64,000 nt of DNA. Origin: the human T2T-CHM13v2.0 reference genome, Homo sapiens. This document shows, in pieces, positions 42,232 through 57,503 of the stretch (position 1 is the first letter of the stretch; each line of letters opens with the position of its first letter). Under the pieces are notes generated by a model. It searched no databases. It was not told the origin of the DNA and saw nothing but the letters and a program-made list of their open reading frames with translations. A program made the translations under genes and the position numbers. The stretch lies in the NCBI RefSeq assembly GCF_009914755.1, contig NC_060936.1; one strand, 5' to 3'.

Positions 42232-44397
42232 GTGCCCCTGAGCCAGCTGCCCGTGGGGGCCCCTTCGCGCTGCCAGCCTCCCCCAACCACCTGCCCTCCC
42301 CGCCTTCTTGGTGACAAATAGTGAGGGCTCCTATACCTTGTCCTTCCTGCTTGCCTAGGGGAAGAGGAGAAGAGGGTAAGGGGGCTTCACTCTCTAGATC
42401 AGCCTGCTAGGAGCCTCTACCAGCATCATCCTGGGGCCCAGCTCAGGCCTGGGCATATGGAAAGAACCATCATCTTGTGGCACAAAAAAAGAAGAAAGAA
42501 AAGAAAACTTCAAGGTTTTGTGAGAAGCAATGGGTCTGTGACTCAAAAATTGAGCCCTGGCCAGGAAAATGTGGAGACAGTTCTTCTCCTCCACTGCTCA
42601 CAGGAGGCCCGTGGTAATTCTCCCCACCTCCCCGGATGCCCCACTAGTCCAACTTCATGGCTGCACGTGGATGGACCCCCATGTCTGAGAGGGGTGAAAG
42701 AGGAGACCAATGGCAGTTCAGGTTCAAGATAACGGGGTCAGGCCTTTAACTTCCTCAAACAGGCCCAAGCAAAGGCTGGAAGACATTTGGGTCCTAGAAG
42801 AAGGGATATCCTTGAATACCAGATGGGGACGTTTGACTTGGTGGGAGGTGTCAGGAGATAGGAGTTGGTTAAGATGATAGATAGAAAAACGGAAGGGTTC
42901 AGCTGCTGCTCCCAATACCTCAGCATGGTAAGGGGACAGAGCCCAGCAGATCCCAGCTGTGAAGAGGCCACTGCATGGCTGACACAAAACACCTCTTGGC
43001 CATTCACAGGGGCCCTGCAACCTCACGAGAAAGGAGATAGTGGAAGAGTCAGGACAGGTTGGTCTCCAGCCCCACTTCCCAAATATGCCTCAGCCCCACT
43101 AGCTGGCACCAACTTAATTCCACGGGACCATCTGCTGAACATTCCCCAGTGCCATGGCCAGTTGCCAGGCCCCAGCGCCAGCCAGTCTGGCCTTACCCTC
43201 CGGTTGGCGCCTGCCAGCCCCCTCCCCTCTGCCCAGGCTGCCACGCCCTGGATGCCACCCAGTGCAGCCTGGCACCTACCCACCCACCCTTCAGCTTAAG
43301 CCACTCCCCTTGCCTCTCAGGAATTTTGCCAGGATGGGGCACAGCAGCTCAGGTTTGGGGGAAAAGACCCGAATCCAGAGTGCAGGGGAGAGGGGCTTGG
43401 ATATGCCATGTCTTGGGCTCCTGCTGGCTTCTGAGGTTTCTTGTCAGCTTGGGAAAGACCCACCTTTATTTTTGCCCTCACCCCAAGTCCCCCCTGGCTG
43501 GGGCTGGGCAGAGAGGGTAAGCTGATCTCCGATCCACAAATACCACCAGCTGCTTCATCCACAGAAGGCGCTAAGAACGGGGAGGTGAGGAATAAGATCC
43601 TTAAAATAAACTCTTGGGCATCCCCCTCACCAGCTGACTGGCTTTCCGGAGGCTTGTGGGTGAGTTTCAAGTTTGTGGTGGCAACAGCAGCAGGACAGGG
43701 CACGGAGGGAGCGAGGGAGAGAGGACCGGTCCCAGCTTTTGGATATTTTGGGTTATGGGGAAGCAAGGGCCAAACATTCTTTATCCCTCCCACCCCAGGG
43801 AAAACATTTGGAAAATAGTCCTTTTTCTTGGAAGCAGTGACGTCTCCCTACCCAATCTTTCCCATCCTATCAACCCATGGGGCTAGAGACTGCCATGCAA
43901 CCACCACCACGACAGCCCTTCCTCCATCAGAAGACAGGAGTGAGGGCCCCGGGCAGCAGTGGACGACCCAGCCTCCCCATACCGGGCCTCTGGCCCAGAC
44001 CTAAGCCCTGCCCACAAAGACTAATGGATGCCAGTGCTGTCACTGCAGAAGGCCAGATGGCAGGTGCCTGGGACAGGGGCAGGTGCCCCGGGGAGGGCAA
44101 GTACAGCCACTGTAAATAACCCTCGTCCCTGCCCAGGAACCCAGACTGGACTTCAGTCTCCCTCCATGGAGACAAAGGCTTCCCAGAGCCACCAAAAACC
44201 TTCTTAGCAGGACAGCTGTGAGAGGCATCAGAACCTCACGTTCGGACTGCCTTCATCAAGACAACTCTAGGGGACCATTTTGCCTGGGGCTCCTAGCAAA
44301 CCTTTTTATTTATTTTATTTATTTATCTATTTATTTATTTGATGACTGTCTCTCTTTCTCGCCATTAGCAGTATTGAATTATTTATTTATACAGAGG

Positions 44398-44400
<3 letters not shown>

Positions 44401-44449
<49 letters not shown>
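44401..44449 (+). repeat. (TG)~24 microsatellite in the 3' UTR
   Basis: direct inspection. Confidence 0.97.
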
Positions 44450-44450
<1 letters not shown>

Positions 44451-45681
44451 GGGGGGATCTCCTAAATTATTTCTGTGCATCTCCTTTTTTTTTCTGCTGT
44501 TTTTTATGGATGGGATTTGAGAGGCCAAAGGTGAGTGGGCTATTGGCCTTCTCCCTGAAGGCTCTAAGCCTGGAACACCCTGGGGTTGGCCCAGAAGGAG
44601 GCACATCAGTCCCAAAATTCATCACTTAACCCAGCGTCCAGGAGGGTCAGGCCTGTACCCCAGCCTCCTGTCCCCCAGGAACCTCACAGGGGTATCAAAA
44701 AGATGTAAACAGCCCAGAGGCTTATGAGCTACAGTGATGAATTGACACAGTGGAGTTGCAACTTAGGTGGGGGTTGGAGTCGAAAGTTGGCAAATGGGGC
44801 CAAGGCTGCACAAAGTCGAAATCCCTTGTGAATGTCCCTTAGGGAGGCACCAGATTGGAGACAGATGTGCTATCTCCTAACAGAGTGATGAGGCTTCAGT
44901 TGAGTACTTGCTGAAGTAGTTGCCTTGTATTTTGAGGGCCATGGTGGATGAAAATGATGTCTGGTTTAGTACTGGAATTGCACTTGGGGTTGACAAGGTG
45001 CTCACACCATGAGAATGGAGGCAGGAATTGAGCTGACTGAGGGAAGATGCACCTTGATCTCACCCTCACTCCAAGGCACATAGCAGGATCACTCCCTAGC
45101 TTCTCTGAGCACACCTAGTTGGTTTCATGTATGTTACACATGCTTCCACTCCACAGTACCTAATTTCTCTCTGTCCCCTGAGATCTGAAGGCTACCTTGG
45201 GAAGAGGCATCAGCCATCTTGCTTGAGAACCACCAAGCCAAAAGCAAAAGCTTTTATCTATGATCTCTTGCTGTTTCATCAGGGGAAAGCACAAAGCTAT
45301 TTCTGAAATTAGGAAAAAAAAAAAAAAGGTGGAAGGAGCAGCCAGATGTTCCACAGGACCCCACCAAGAAGGTCATTTCCAAACCCATCCTGGAAGGGCC
45401 CAGGATCCAAAGGTCATCAGTCCTGCTTATCTGACCAACTGGCAGTGTCTTCTGGCTGCTGGCCGGAGACAGCTCTTGCCCTTTCCAAAGTCACTGTCCA
45501 CTGCCTTGCAATTGCCAGCTTGTCTGGTCCAGCTTTGGGTTTGGTGAGACTTTTGCAACATCCCTGGTTGTTTCCCTGGCAATGTGACTATCCAGCCCTA
45601 ACCCAAAGCAAGGGAGTGCCCCTTTCCTGGGTGAAGTTTACAAGAAGGCTGCTTAAATGCCTGCTTCGGGGAAATCTCTGC

Positions 45682-45712
45682 CTCTCTCTCTCTCTGTCTC
45701 TCTCTCTGTCTC

Positions 45713-45754
<42 letters not shown>
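45682..45754 (+). repeat. (TC)n/(TCTG) microsatellite in the 3' UTR
   Basis: direct inspection. Confidence 0.95.
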
Positions 45755-45757
<3 letters not shown>

Positions 45758-47264
45758 GTATTTCTCTACTTTCTTTTACATTTCCTTTTTTTCTATCCAA
45801 AAACAATGTGCTTGTTGAGGCACTGGTAACCCTGATTAACCAGAACCTCCCATTCCCAGTATCGCTGTTCCTACGCCCATTTCACCCTCATTACCTTCTG
45901 CTTCCAAGGAATATGACAGATCACCAGGATGCTGCTCGTCGTGAGGATTTATCTCAAAAACCAACATCCAAAATGGGAGGGAGATGTGGCTTGAGGTCAA
46001 GCGCCATGCATCCCAAGCCTTTGACCTTCCCGCTATGGAAGTGCACTGGATGACAGAAACTGAATACATTGCTCCCTTTCCCTAGGGCAAAGTTCGACCT
46101 CTGTTAAGTGGAGGGATTTGTGAGATAAAAATTCAAAATGTTGGCCTGAGGCCTGAGAGTGTCACCAAAGACAGAGGGAGCTTCACTGAGACTCAGAGGG
46201 AAAAGGAAAAGAGCCTCAAACATTTTTAGGAGGTTGTCCATCATGAAAGTAAAAACGAAAAGCAAGATTTGATCTCCCTTCAGTTAATTAGGCAAGGCTA
46301 AGTAACTCAAAGCCCCCTATTAGTAACATTCTGGTTCACTGAGGTTTGATCATATTCCTATCTGCATTCCTTCCCTTCTTTGAAGGACAGCTGATCTTTC
46401 AGAAGCAGAATAAAATTAAGATGTTAGAACAAAGGTCTCAGTCTCAGAGAACCGCATCACTTCATTTGCTCAGACCCATCCTCTTTTGCAAAAGGGTCTG
46501 CTTGGAGAGGCCAAAATTCAGGGTGCTCTCAAAGGCAAAGAAAGCACATTGTTTTCCTTCTCCAGTCCAACTTTCATCTTTTCTTCTGCTGTTTTCTTTT
46601 CCCCTCTTCTTTTTCACAAATGTTCAAAATGGTCTCATGCGCATGTGTCTTGCCCCACTTTCCCCTTTAGCTGAACAGAAAATTTTGTCTCAGTAAAACG
46701 AAGTCAAAAAACAGGATTCCTCCAAACATGCCTCCTCCCGCACTGGCCAGCCGAGTCCAGCTGAGAAACTTATGCTAGATTCAATGTCATTGAGCAATGC
46801 TTTATTGAAGTCTCGTTCTTCTCACTTCTGCACCAGTGAGCCAATGATACTGACAGAAATGTCATCTCTCTTCTATCTGTGGTTGCTGTTTTTGGAGTAA
46901 AAGTTTCTGTGTGTGTTTTTTTAGTTCTTTTGATGGCTGTTGTTTTGCATTGTAAATACCATGATGGGGGACCCCCATCAGAACATGGCTTATTTAATAA
47001 TTTATTTCGTATTTATTGAGTAATATTGGGAAAAGAGAAGGACCACCTCTTTCCCTGAATTGCTATTGAGAATTGGTCCATCTCCCAGCTCCAGGTGCTG
47101 CTGTCTGCAGCAAGGGCATTACTGCCCAGGTAAGGAGTGCTAGAATCACCAAGCAAATTGAAATTGGCAGAAATGGAGGCTTCAGTCACACAAATTAGAC
47201 TCAAATGGAACTAAAACACTGGTTATCTCCAGGAAAACCTCATTTAGATGGAAATTAATGGAAG

Positions 47265-47330
47265 AATAAAATGCCTACACATGAACCAACTTCTATTAAA
47301 AAGTCACAACTCCTTGAAAAAAAAAATAAA
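47265..47330 (+). terminator. cluster of candidate proximal poly(A) signals (AATAAA 47265, ATTAAA 47295, AATAAA 47325)
   Basis: three hexamers in 66 nt followed by a T-rich tract. Confidence 0.45.
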
Positions 47331-48453
47331 GAAAAATTGTAAACTCTTTTTTTTTTCTGGCCAAGGAAAGCTATGCCTCATCTTCTAACGAGCCAAGCCA
47401 AAAAGACTGCAATGGTATTCCTATGTGTTTCTTTGGCCTGTGTATCAGTCTGAATGAAATGGAATGGGTCTCTAGCCTCAGTCTTGTCATCTGTAAAATG
47501 GGGCTTGTCCTATATATTATCTGCAAGACGTGGGAAATGGGGGCTCAAGCCCTGATGCTATGGACTCCATACTGTTGGATATATTGTCTCTTGTGTCTTC
47601 TGCTGACTGCAGATTAAAGGGTGTCAACCAAGGAAGGAAACAAAAAAGTAGGGCCTGGACTTCATTTGCAGAATGAGGTCATAGTCGTTGAGTCCCACAG
47701 TCATATATGGGAGACCTCAAGTTGCTGTCACCTTGATAACTCTTGTATCCTGGGTTAAAGCCCTCTGTATTTAGTTTGAACTTCTCTCTAAGCCCCGTGG
47801 TCCAAAGTCATCACGGGAGAGACCAAGATGGGCTTACCTTGCCCTGCTCTGGATTTAACCATTGTTCATTGTCAGGCTATATTTTTGTACAATCATTCAA
47901 ATAACCCAGTGACATAGGTCATATTGCCACTTTTCAGAGGAGAAAACTGAGGCTCAGGAGGGGGAGTTGACATGCCCAAGCTCCCTTGAGCTCAGATCAG
48001 CTTGACTCAATGTCCAACATTCCCTTGGTAGCTTTTTCTCCGGGGTCCTGTGCTATAAGAACTTCTCTCTGCACTGTATTTTTTTTTCTCCCAATTCTTA
48101 GCTATTTCCTCAAGCAATGATTGGCCAAGGACCTAGCATAATCCACCACATTGGCCAAGGGGACGTGGTGCACCCCAAGGCCATTTCTCTGCATTGGAGG
48201 CTGCGAATCTCCTCTGGAAAATTCCCAACCCGAGGACCCACCATGAGCCCAGCTCAGCCTGACCAGACAGCCTCTGCCTGGAGCATTCACATCAGATGGA
48301 AAGAAGCTGCTGTGTCCTCCAGCATCCTGGGACCCTGTCCTCTGCCCAGTGACACAGCAGCCATGGCTAGCTTGATTTCTGGTCTCCAAAGCTAAGCATA
48401 ACCTTCCCGGGGTTTCTGGTTTTTCAGCCTGTACGAAACATGTCTCTGTTCTA

Positions 48454-48459
48454 ATTAAA
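48454..48459 (+). terminator. probable distal poly(A) signal ATTAAA
   Basis: TGTA ~20 nt upstream, CA dinucleotide ~22 nt downstream, then GT/T-rich sequence. Confidence 0.6.
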
Positions 48460-48691
48460 GTTCCCATGGTATGGTGTTCTCATATATGGCTCAGTGTTCT
48501 CTGTTTATATGGGGTACTCAGAATTAAAAAATGGGGAGGGAAACAAGGAGCTAGAGAAGACTTAAGTAGCACCTGCTGCGTGTCATACATGTTCACACTA
48601 CTCAGCTCACATCTTTAATCTTCCAAACAAACCTGTATGTATTTTGGGTTTTTGGTTATATATACAGCATATATACCAAATATATACATGT

Positions 48692-48740
<49 letters not shown>
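48692..48740 (+). repeat. (TA)n(TG)n compound microsatellite
   Basis: direct inspection. Confidence 0.95.
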
Positions 48741-48742
<2 letters not shown>

Positions 48743-48890
48743 GTAGCAGCTATGGAGTGCCTTAGGCAACCTTTTTGGAAGCATTTTATATGTGTTATCT
48801 TAGTATTCAGCAACAACCAACCCTATGAAGTAGGTATTAGGAACTTCTTCTTACAAATAAGGAAACTGAGTCTTAGAAAAGTAAAGTCAC

Positions 48891-49208
<318 letters not shown>

Positions 49209-49984
49209 TCACTTGCCCAGGGACCACAGAATCCAGAATTGATGATAACATCCAGGCAGGCTAACTCCAAAGCCCAGGTTGTCAACTTCTTTGCTCTGTA
49301 GCACTCCAGTATGTGTAATGAGTAACCAGAGTTCTTTGGTGGAACTCTTTTTCTCTGAGATCTTCTTCATGGGTGGGAGGAAGGACACAGATTTTGGAGT
49401 CCAAAGACCTAGATTCAAATCTAGACCCTGCCATTACCAGCTAGGTGGTATTGGGAAAGCACTATACACCTTGTTGGTGCTTGGTTGGTTTGCTCATTTG
49501 TAAAATGGGATAGCAACAGCCACCTCCCTGGGATGCTGTGAGAACTAAATGAGATGGTGGCTTTAAAAAACAATGAGGCACCAAAAGTAGTCAGTGACTG
49601 TTAATGAGCAACATGACTATTTCCTCAACTGAGACTGATCTGTGGTGGTGCAGATTAAGTAGATAGCCCAAAGTAGCCAACTTGGATCTGCAGGAGCCCT
49701 GCAAGGCCCTGTGGAAATGTCCTCAGTGTGGAATTAAATTGTTTCTTTCCCTCCAGAGCAGGGACTGAAAACACCCCCAGGGACTGACAGGTGAGGGAAG
49801 CAGATAAGGTTAGAACTGTGGGGAACTGGAGAACTCAGTAGACCAATGCCAGATAGAAATCTCAGCTCAGAGTTGCCAAATCTTCCCATTTTTCAAGAGA
49901 GCCTGAATTTTTCCATTTTAAAATCTGATTTTAAAATATTTATAACTTATTGTTTTTTCAAACACTATGTGGGTCCAAAACCTT

Positions 49985-49991
49985 ACACACA

Positions 49992-50024
<33 letters not shown>
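49985..50024 (+). repeat. (CA)n microsatellite
   Basis: direct inspection. Confidence 0.95.
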
Positions 50025-50027
<3 letters not shown>

Positions 50028-51042
50028 CCACAATTGAGTTGATTCTCAACTGGGGAGAAAGATCAAAGAAAACAGGTGACTGCCACTGCTCCCCTTGTAT
50101 CCTGCCCAGCAGAAATTTCCCTTAGGAGTCATTGGATGGGATAACCTCCTTTGAGTAAATCCATGACTATATACCACCCTCCCCAAGTCCCCCCAACACA
50201 CTGATTTCTTTCTTCCCAAATAGGTTTGGATAAAGCAACAACCAGTGTCCTCCTCTGAGGTTCCATCAATAAATAATGGTAATTAATAATAATAAACATT
50301 TATGGATCAGTTACCACCTGCCATGCCCTTTGCGTGCATTAACTTACCTCCTTTGGGGAGGGTTACCTAATTTTTTTACTTTTAATTTTTGGGGGGTACA
50401 TAGACTTATTTCATTCTCATAACAACATCATTTAGCCCCATTTGACAGAGGACAAAATTGATGCTTATGGAGGGAAGACCACATAGCTAGTAGGTATTTA
50501 AACTTAGGTCTGTGGGCTCCAGGGCTGTTTCTGCTACACCTCTTTACCCCCTGAGGGGGGATCTCTATCAACTCAGAGCTAGCCATCGTTAAGGGCCCCT
50601 GGTAACTTCTTCCCATAAATTGTGGCTGCCAGGAGACTGGAGGATGCCTGCACCTTTCTATCTCCTGCTCCAGCCCCCAGTTACCGGAATCCATGTGTTT
50701 GTTTCTCCAGCAATTGCTCTCAACAGGCACTTCTCCCAGCCCAGGTGTCTGGGCTGCAGAGGAGAGAGACATCCTTCTGGAGATATCTCTCTCTCAGGCC
50801 AGATTAACAGCTGCCCAACGATGGAGCGGAGGTGGCATGCATTCAACACCACCGCCTGGGCAGCCCTGGGGACACACACAGCCCTTCCATGGGGTGAAAG
50901 CAAAGGCATAAGCAGAGGGGCGGGAGGAATATGGGAAAAATCCTCCCGAGAGGCAGGGACCAAGACTTGTTGCATGGCCCTAAGTTAATCAAGCCCCTCT
51001 CTAGGACCTAGTTACTCTACCTGTTAAAAGGGAATGCGCTAG

Positions 51043-51215
51043 ACCAGTGGTCCACAATCCTGGCCAGACATTAAAATCATCTGTGAACTTTACAAAACCA
51101 CATATGCTGGAGTTCCACCCCACCCCAAATAATAAGAATCTCTGAGGGTGACATTGATGTTTCTAAAAGGCTCCCTAGAGCATTCTGATATGAAGCCAGG
51201 ATTGAGAGTCACTGA
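51043..51215. mobile_element. MER5-type hAT DNA transposon fragment
   Basis: ccagtggtccacaatcctggc...ccctagagcattctgatatgaagccaggattgagagtcactg resembles MER5 termini. Confidence 0.6.
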
Positions 51216-51658
51216 ATTAGATGGCACCTGAAATGCCGTCCAGGTGTGGTGTCCTAGGTGTGCTACTGGATGTCATAAAGGGGACAATAAAACCAGCACA
51301 AAAAGCACCCAACACATATAGAGCCTGCCATGTGCTAAGCATGCTTCTAAGTTCTTCACATATATGAACATAAATTATATATTCACTGCCACGACATCCT
51401 TATAAGGTAGATAGATACAATTTTTGATGCCTATTTTGCAGATGCAGAAACTGAGGCACAGACGGTTTTCCCCAGGTCACACAGATAGTAAGTGGTAACA
51501 GCTGAATGCTAGGGTAAAAGTGAGTCCAAAGAGGCACGTGAAACAGCCTTGTGGGGTCAAAGAAGGCATCACAGAAAAAAAACTGACCTCTAGGTTGATC
51601 CTGGGAGATGAGTAGGTGTTGGTCAAGCAAAGGAAGGGTTAAAAAAGAGGAGGGAAAG

Positions 51659-52075
51659 GGGCAGGCACAGTGGCTCATGCCTGTAATGCCACCTCTTTGG
51701 GAGGCCGAGGCAGACGGATCACTTGAGGTCAGGAGTTCAGGATTAGCCTGACCAACATGGTGAAACCCCATCTCTACTAAAAATACCAAAATTAGCTGGG
51801 TGTGGTGGTGCATACCTGTAATCCCAGCTACTCCAGAGGCTGAGGCAGGAGAATTGCTTGAACCTGGAAGGAAGAGATTGCAGTGAGTCGAGATAGCGCC
51901 AATGTACTCCACCCTGGGTGACAGAGCAAGACTATGTCAAAAAAAAGAATCAGAAAAAAGAAGGAAGGAAAGAAGGAAGGAAAGGAAGGAAGGAAGGAAG
52001 GAAAAGAAAGAAAGAAGGAAAGAAAGAGAAAGAGAAAGAAAGAAAGAAAGAAAGAGAAAGAGAGAAAGAGGAGGG
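51659..52075 (+). mobile_element. Alu with expanded (GAAA/GGAA)n tail
   Basis: consensus plus purine repeat. Confidence 0.92.
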
Positions 52076-52847
52076 AATGGAGTCATCTCAGACAGGGGAA
52101 ATTGAGTGTGTACAGGGCCAGAGTCAATGACACCCACCTGCTTCCCCCACCTCCCCAGCGTATTCCTTCCATGAGGCTTATTACCACCTATAACCAGTTT
52201 GCTTACTTGTTTACTTGTTTACTGCCCACCTCCATGAGGACAGGAGTCTTGTCCACCTCATTCATTCATCTCTGTACACCCAGCAGCATGTGGCCAGCTG
52301 TCAAGTGATTGAATTTGCCTGGAGTGCCAGCCCCGCTCCCTTCCAATACCCATTCATTCCTGAGCTGGTTAATTTTTAGCTTATGTCGGGGATGGGGAGT
52401 GGTACTAGGAGGACTGTGGCAAGGTTGTGACATGTCCCATACAGGGACTCTAAGGATCTCTCATGCACATTCTCTTCCCACCCTGGGAATGAGAGAAGAC
52501 AGCATGTATGGTAGGGTAGACATGAGCACATATTGTTTGTCCAGCATTGTTGGAAGCACTGGATATATACCCTTAGATGAGAAAATGGCACAATTTTTAA
52601 AAGGCAGTGGCTGAAAGCAAGGACTTGTGAATCAGACAGACCTGGATTGGAGCCTAACTCTGCTACTTCCTCACTGTGTGTCTTTGTGTAGTGACCTAAC
52701 CTCTCTGAGCCTCAGGTTGCTTATCTTTCCAATGGAAATAGTAAAAGAATCAATCTTATAAGACTGCTGTGAAGATTGGTAGAGGTGATGCCTGGAAACG
52801 ACTTAGCAAAGTGTCTGACTGAGTGTTAGTTCCATTGTTACTGATCA

Positions 52848-53178
<331 letters not shown>

Positions 53179-53746
53179 TCAGTCGCCTATGTAAGCTCAT
53201 GATAATTTCTGGGAGGATTTCAGGTCACCTTGGCAAAAGATAGAACAGTGTCTTTTCCTACCTTTCATCACCGACAACACCAGATTCTCAAGAGAGGCAC
53301 TCCCACCTGCCACCCTCCATAAGGATCTCTTCCTCTCAGAAGGATCTAAAGCCTCCGGAGAACTTGGCAATCTCCCTATGTAGATCCCCACCCTGATCTT
53401 TCATCAACATCTTCCACCCAAGTTGCTCTAGCATGAATCCATCAGTGGGAAGACACTGGGGCACTGTTCAGGCCTTTCCACCCATAGTGGGTTTACAAAA
53501 CAGGTTTACCACTCCCTTGGAACGCTGTCACTCCACCATTGTATAGCTATGGCCAACCTATAGCCAGATGACTCATGGAAATTTTTCTTTTGGTCTTTTT
53601 TTTCCCCCTTTGCCATGGAAACTTGTCAAATGTTTTCTGAAGGTATAACACCGTGTCCCTTAATACACTCTCAAATTGAAAACTAAAATAACACAAATCA
53701 CATCAAATAGAGTCATATTGCCAAATGGAAAGGGGTTGGAATAGAT

Positions 53747-53748
<2 letters not shown>

Positions 53749-53785
<37 letters not shown>

Positions 53786-53808
53786 CACACACTGAGCGAG
53801 AGAGAGAG
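53749..53808 (+). repeat. (CA)n(GA)n microsatellite
   Basis: direct inspection. Confidence 0.93.
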
Positions 53809-54069
53809 GATTTGTTTCTTCCCTTCAGTCTCTCTCACCTCAAAACCTATTTCTAGATCAAGGTATCTTAATCTAAAGAAAACCGTGCCCTCCTGCGCTT
53901 GGGCTTTGTAGAGTCTGTGAATCATTTGAAATTCCAAGCCAAGTTTTCTGTATTAAAATATCAGCATTTCAGTGCAGAGGAGGTATATATTTCCACCAGT
54001 TTTCCAAGGGATTCAACTCAATGAAACCTTCAGGATGCTTCCGCAAAACCTATCTTCATTCTCTCCAGA

Positions 54070-54575
54070 TGTGGTGGAGTTTCTAGTTGCCTTCCAATAG
54101 CCATTCCCTCTTCATCCATAGTAATAAAAAACCCCAATTTATAACTGGGATTATAGCCACCCAGAATAAAGACTGCATCTCCCAGCCTCCTTTGCAGCTA
54201 GGGGTGGCCATAGCTGCAAGATGTCTGAGCTATAGACAGAATTCTTGGTGGTAGTGTCCAGAAATTTTTATGAAAGAGATTTGTCATGTGCTTTTTCCGT
54301 CTTCATCCCTTCCTTTTTCTTGCTGGCTGGAATGTGGACATGATTGCTGGAATGCATGCGACTCCCTGATTCATGAGGTGGCTTTGGGAATAGACTCCAT
54401 ATGGATAAAGCACTAAGATAGAAGCGGTCTCCAGCTTAAGGACATGGTGGAGCAGGGACACATATTAGCCTCAGACAGAATCTCTCTGGACTTCAATGTT
54501 AGGAAGAAATAAATTTATTCTCTTGTTTCAGCCACTGTTATTTTGACTGTCTGTTGTTCACAGCTAAAGCTACTC
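54070..54575 (+). mobile_element. MaLR (MLT1-type) LTR
   Basis: tcccagcctcctttgcagctagggg and agaaataaatt...tcagccactgttattttg terminal motifs. Confidence 0.65.
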
Positions 54576-56002
54576 ACAACTCAAATTCTAGGTGAAGCTA
54601 AGACAGTCCCCAGAAGGAATATCTTGTTCATCTCTCCTTCTCCATCTCTATACATCCTCCCCAGCTCCTCCAGTCTTCCTCCTGCTCCCAGAACAAAGCT
54701 TGAGAATGCTCTCAGCTGAACGCTCCTAAGAGCTGTCACTCCCAGACCTAGAAGAAGCTGTTTTCAAAGCAGTTGTCTGGCAGCAAAGTCACCAACTGGT
54801 CAAACCAGATTCTGCTCTGACTGCAGAGGTTTCTGGGAAAGGGGCCTCAAGATTACAGACCTTCCAGCTCTCCCTTTTGCAAAGATCTCAGAGCCACCCT
54901 CTGTATAAGGGGCTCATGTTGGAATTCTTCATAAATGCTCCAAACGGAGAGGAACATGTACCAGTTTCCCAGCCAGGCTCTAGACAGAGGAGGCAGAATG
55001 ATTTACCCCTTAATATAATTTTAGCACTGGGAAAGTTCTTTTAAAGCAATACCAACAACCACAAAATTACAGAATTAGGAAGACTCTCCATCAGAATAAG
55101 CCAGGTTATGCTACAATAATAAATAAGTCCAAAATTTCAATGCCTTGAAAGAGCAAAGAACTCTTTCTCACCCGTGTCCATTGTGGGCCAGCAGGGTCAG
55201 TCTACTTGTTACTGATGTTGATGACTGTGATGTTGATGATCATAGGGCAGAGAGAAAAAGAACTCACCCGAGGGTCCTGCCTAGACACAGCCAAGATGCT
55301 CCCATGGGCTCCCAAGGTGCTTTGAACTGGCAGTGACAGACATCACTTCTGCTCACAACTCATCGGCCACAACTAGTTATATGGCCCCATCCAACCACGG
55401 TGGTATCAGGAAGTGCATTGCTACCTCACAGGTGCCCAGAAAGCAGGAGGAGGAAGAGAAACCAGAAATGTTTGGCAAACAGCACTAGTTACAACCTCAA
55501 ACCACCCATTTCATTGAATCCTGACTATGGGTCAGGTACTGCTCTAGGTGGCAATGATACAGCCGTGAACAGTTAGACACAAGTCCCTGCCCTCTGCCCA
55601 CATGGAGCTTACGTTCTAATGGAGGAAGCAGAGAAACAAATAACTAGAGATGTAAAATGTAACTATCAGTTAATGGCAAGTGCTGTGAAGAAAAGTAAAC
55701 CAGCTAATGTGAGAGTGTGACTTACTAAGTCGTTAGAGAAGATTTCTCCGAGCAGTTGAAATTTAAGTAGAGACACAAATGAATGAAGAGACCTGCCTTA
55801 TGGAGGGGGAAGAGTGTTCCAGTCTGTGGGAACAGCAGGCAGGAAGACCTTCAGGCAGGAACATGCTTGACTCTTCCATCTGAGGGTCAGAAATGGGGAC
55901 CCTATGATTGAAGCCCGTGACCAGGGAGTGGGTATTAGCAGGAAATCCAATGAGAAGGGTAACCAGGAGCCTTCCTTTTTTCTTCATAAAATTTTGTAGT
56001 AT

Positions 56003-57004
<1,002 letters not shown>

Positions 57005-57037
57005 GTATCTGAAATTCTTTCTATTGTTTATTTATTT

Positions 57038-57503
57038 TGTGAACCCCAAAAATCTGAGACATGTCTCAGTTAATTTAGAAAGTTTATTTTACCAAGGTTG
57101 AGGACACGCCTGTGATACAGCTTCAGGCGGACATGTGCCCAAGGTGGTAGGGGCACAGCTTGGTTTTATACATTTTAGGGAGACAGGAGACATCAATCAA
57201 TATGTGTAAGATGTACATTTGTTCAGTCCGGAAAGGTGGGACAACCAGAGGACAAGGCGGGACAACTCAAAGCAGGGCAAGGGCTTCCAGGTCATAGGTA
57301 GATAAGAGACAAATGGTTGCATTCCTTCCAGTTTCTGATTAGCCTCTCCAAAGAAGGCAATCAGATATGTATATATCTCAGTCAGTGAGCAGAGGGGTGA
57401 CTTCGAATAGAATGGAAGGCAGGTTTGCCCTCAGCTGTTCACAGCTTGACTTTTCCCTTTAGCTTAGTGATTTGGGGGACCCGAGATTTATTTTCCTTTT
57501 ACA
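57038..57503 (-). mobile_element. MER4A/MER4A1-like ERV1 solo LTR
   Basis: reverse strand begins tgtaaaaggaaaataaatctcgggtcccccaaatcactaagctaaaggg, as in recalled MER4A. Confidence 0.75.

Larger units (their letters stand above)
42232..48484 (+). other. SRRM4: long SRRM4 3' UTR (~6.2 kb; end approximate)
   Basis: Alu-free unique sequence after the stop, ending at ATTAAA 48454-48459 with upstream TGTA and downstream GT-rich sequence; consistent with the recalled long mRNA. Confidence 0.7.

Noticed and set aside
41927-42241. Gly-Ala repeat ORF resembling a dipeptide-repeat protein
   Set aside because: Shadow frame of the RS-coding hexamers; starts at a GTG overlapping the splice acceptor
45346-46053. 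Longest ORF in the track (235 aa)
   Set aside because: Lies in the 3' UTR, runs through a (TC)n microsatellite (LSLSLS) and has no recognisable domain; a chance ORF
47101-47135. 19-nt exon-like unit (ctgcag|...|gtaagg) in the 3' UTR
   Set aside because: Lies inside the terminal exon with no evident partner sites; likely chance
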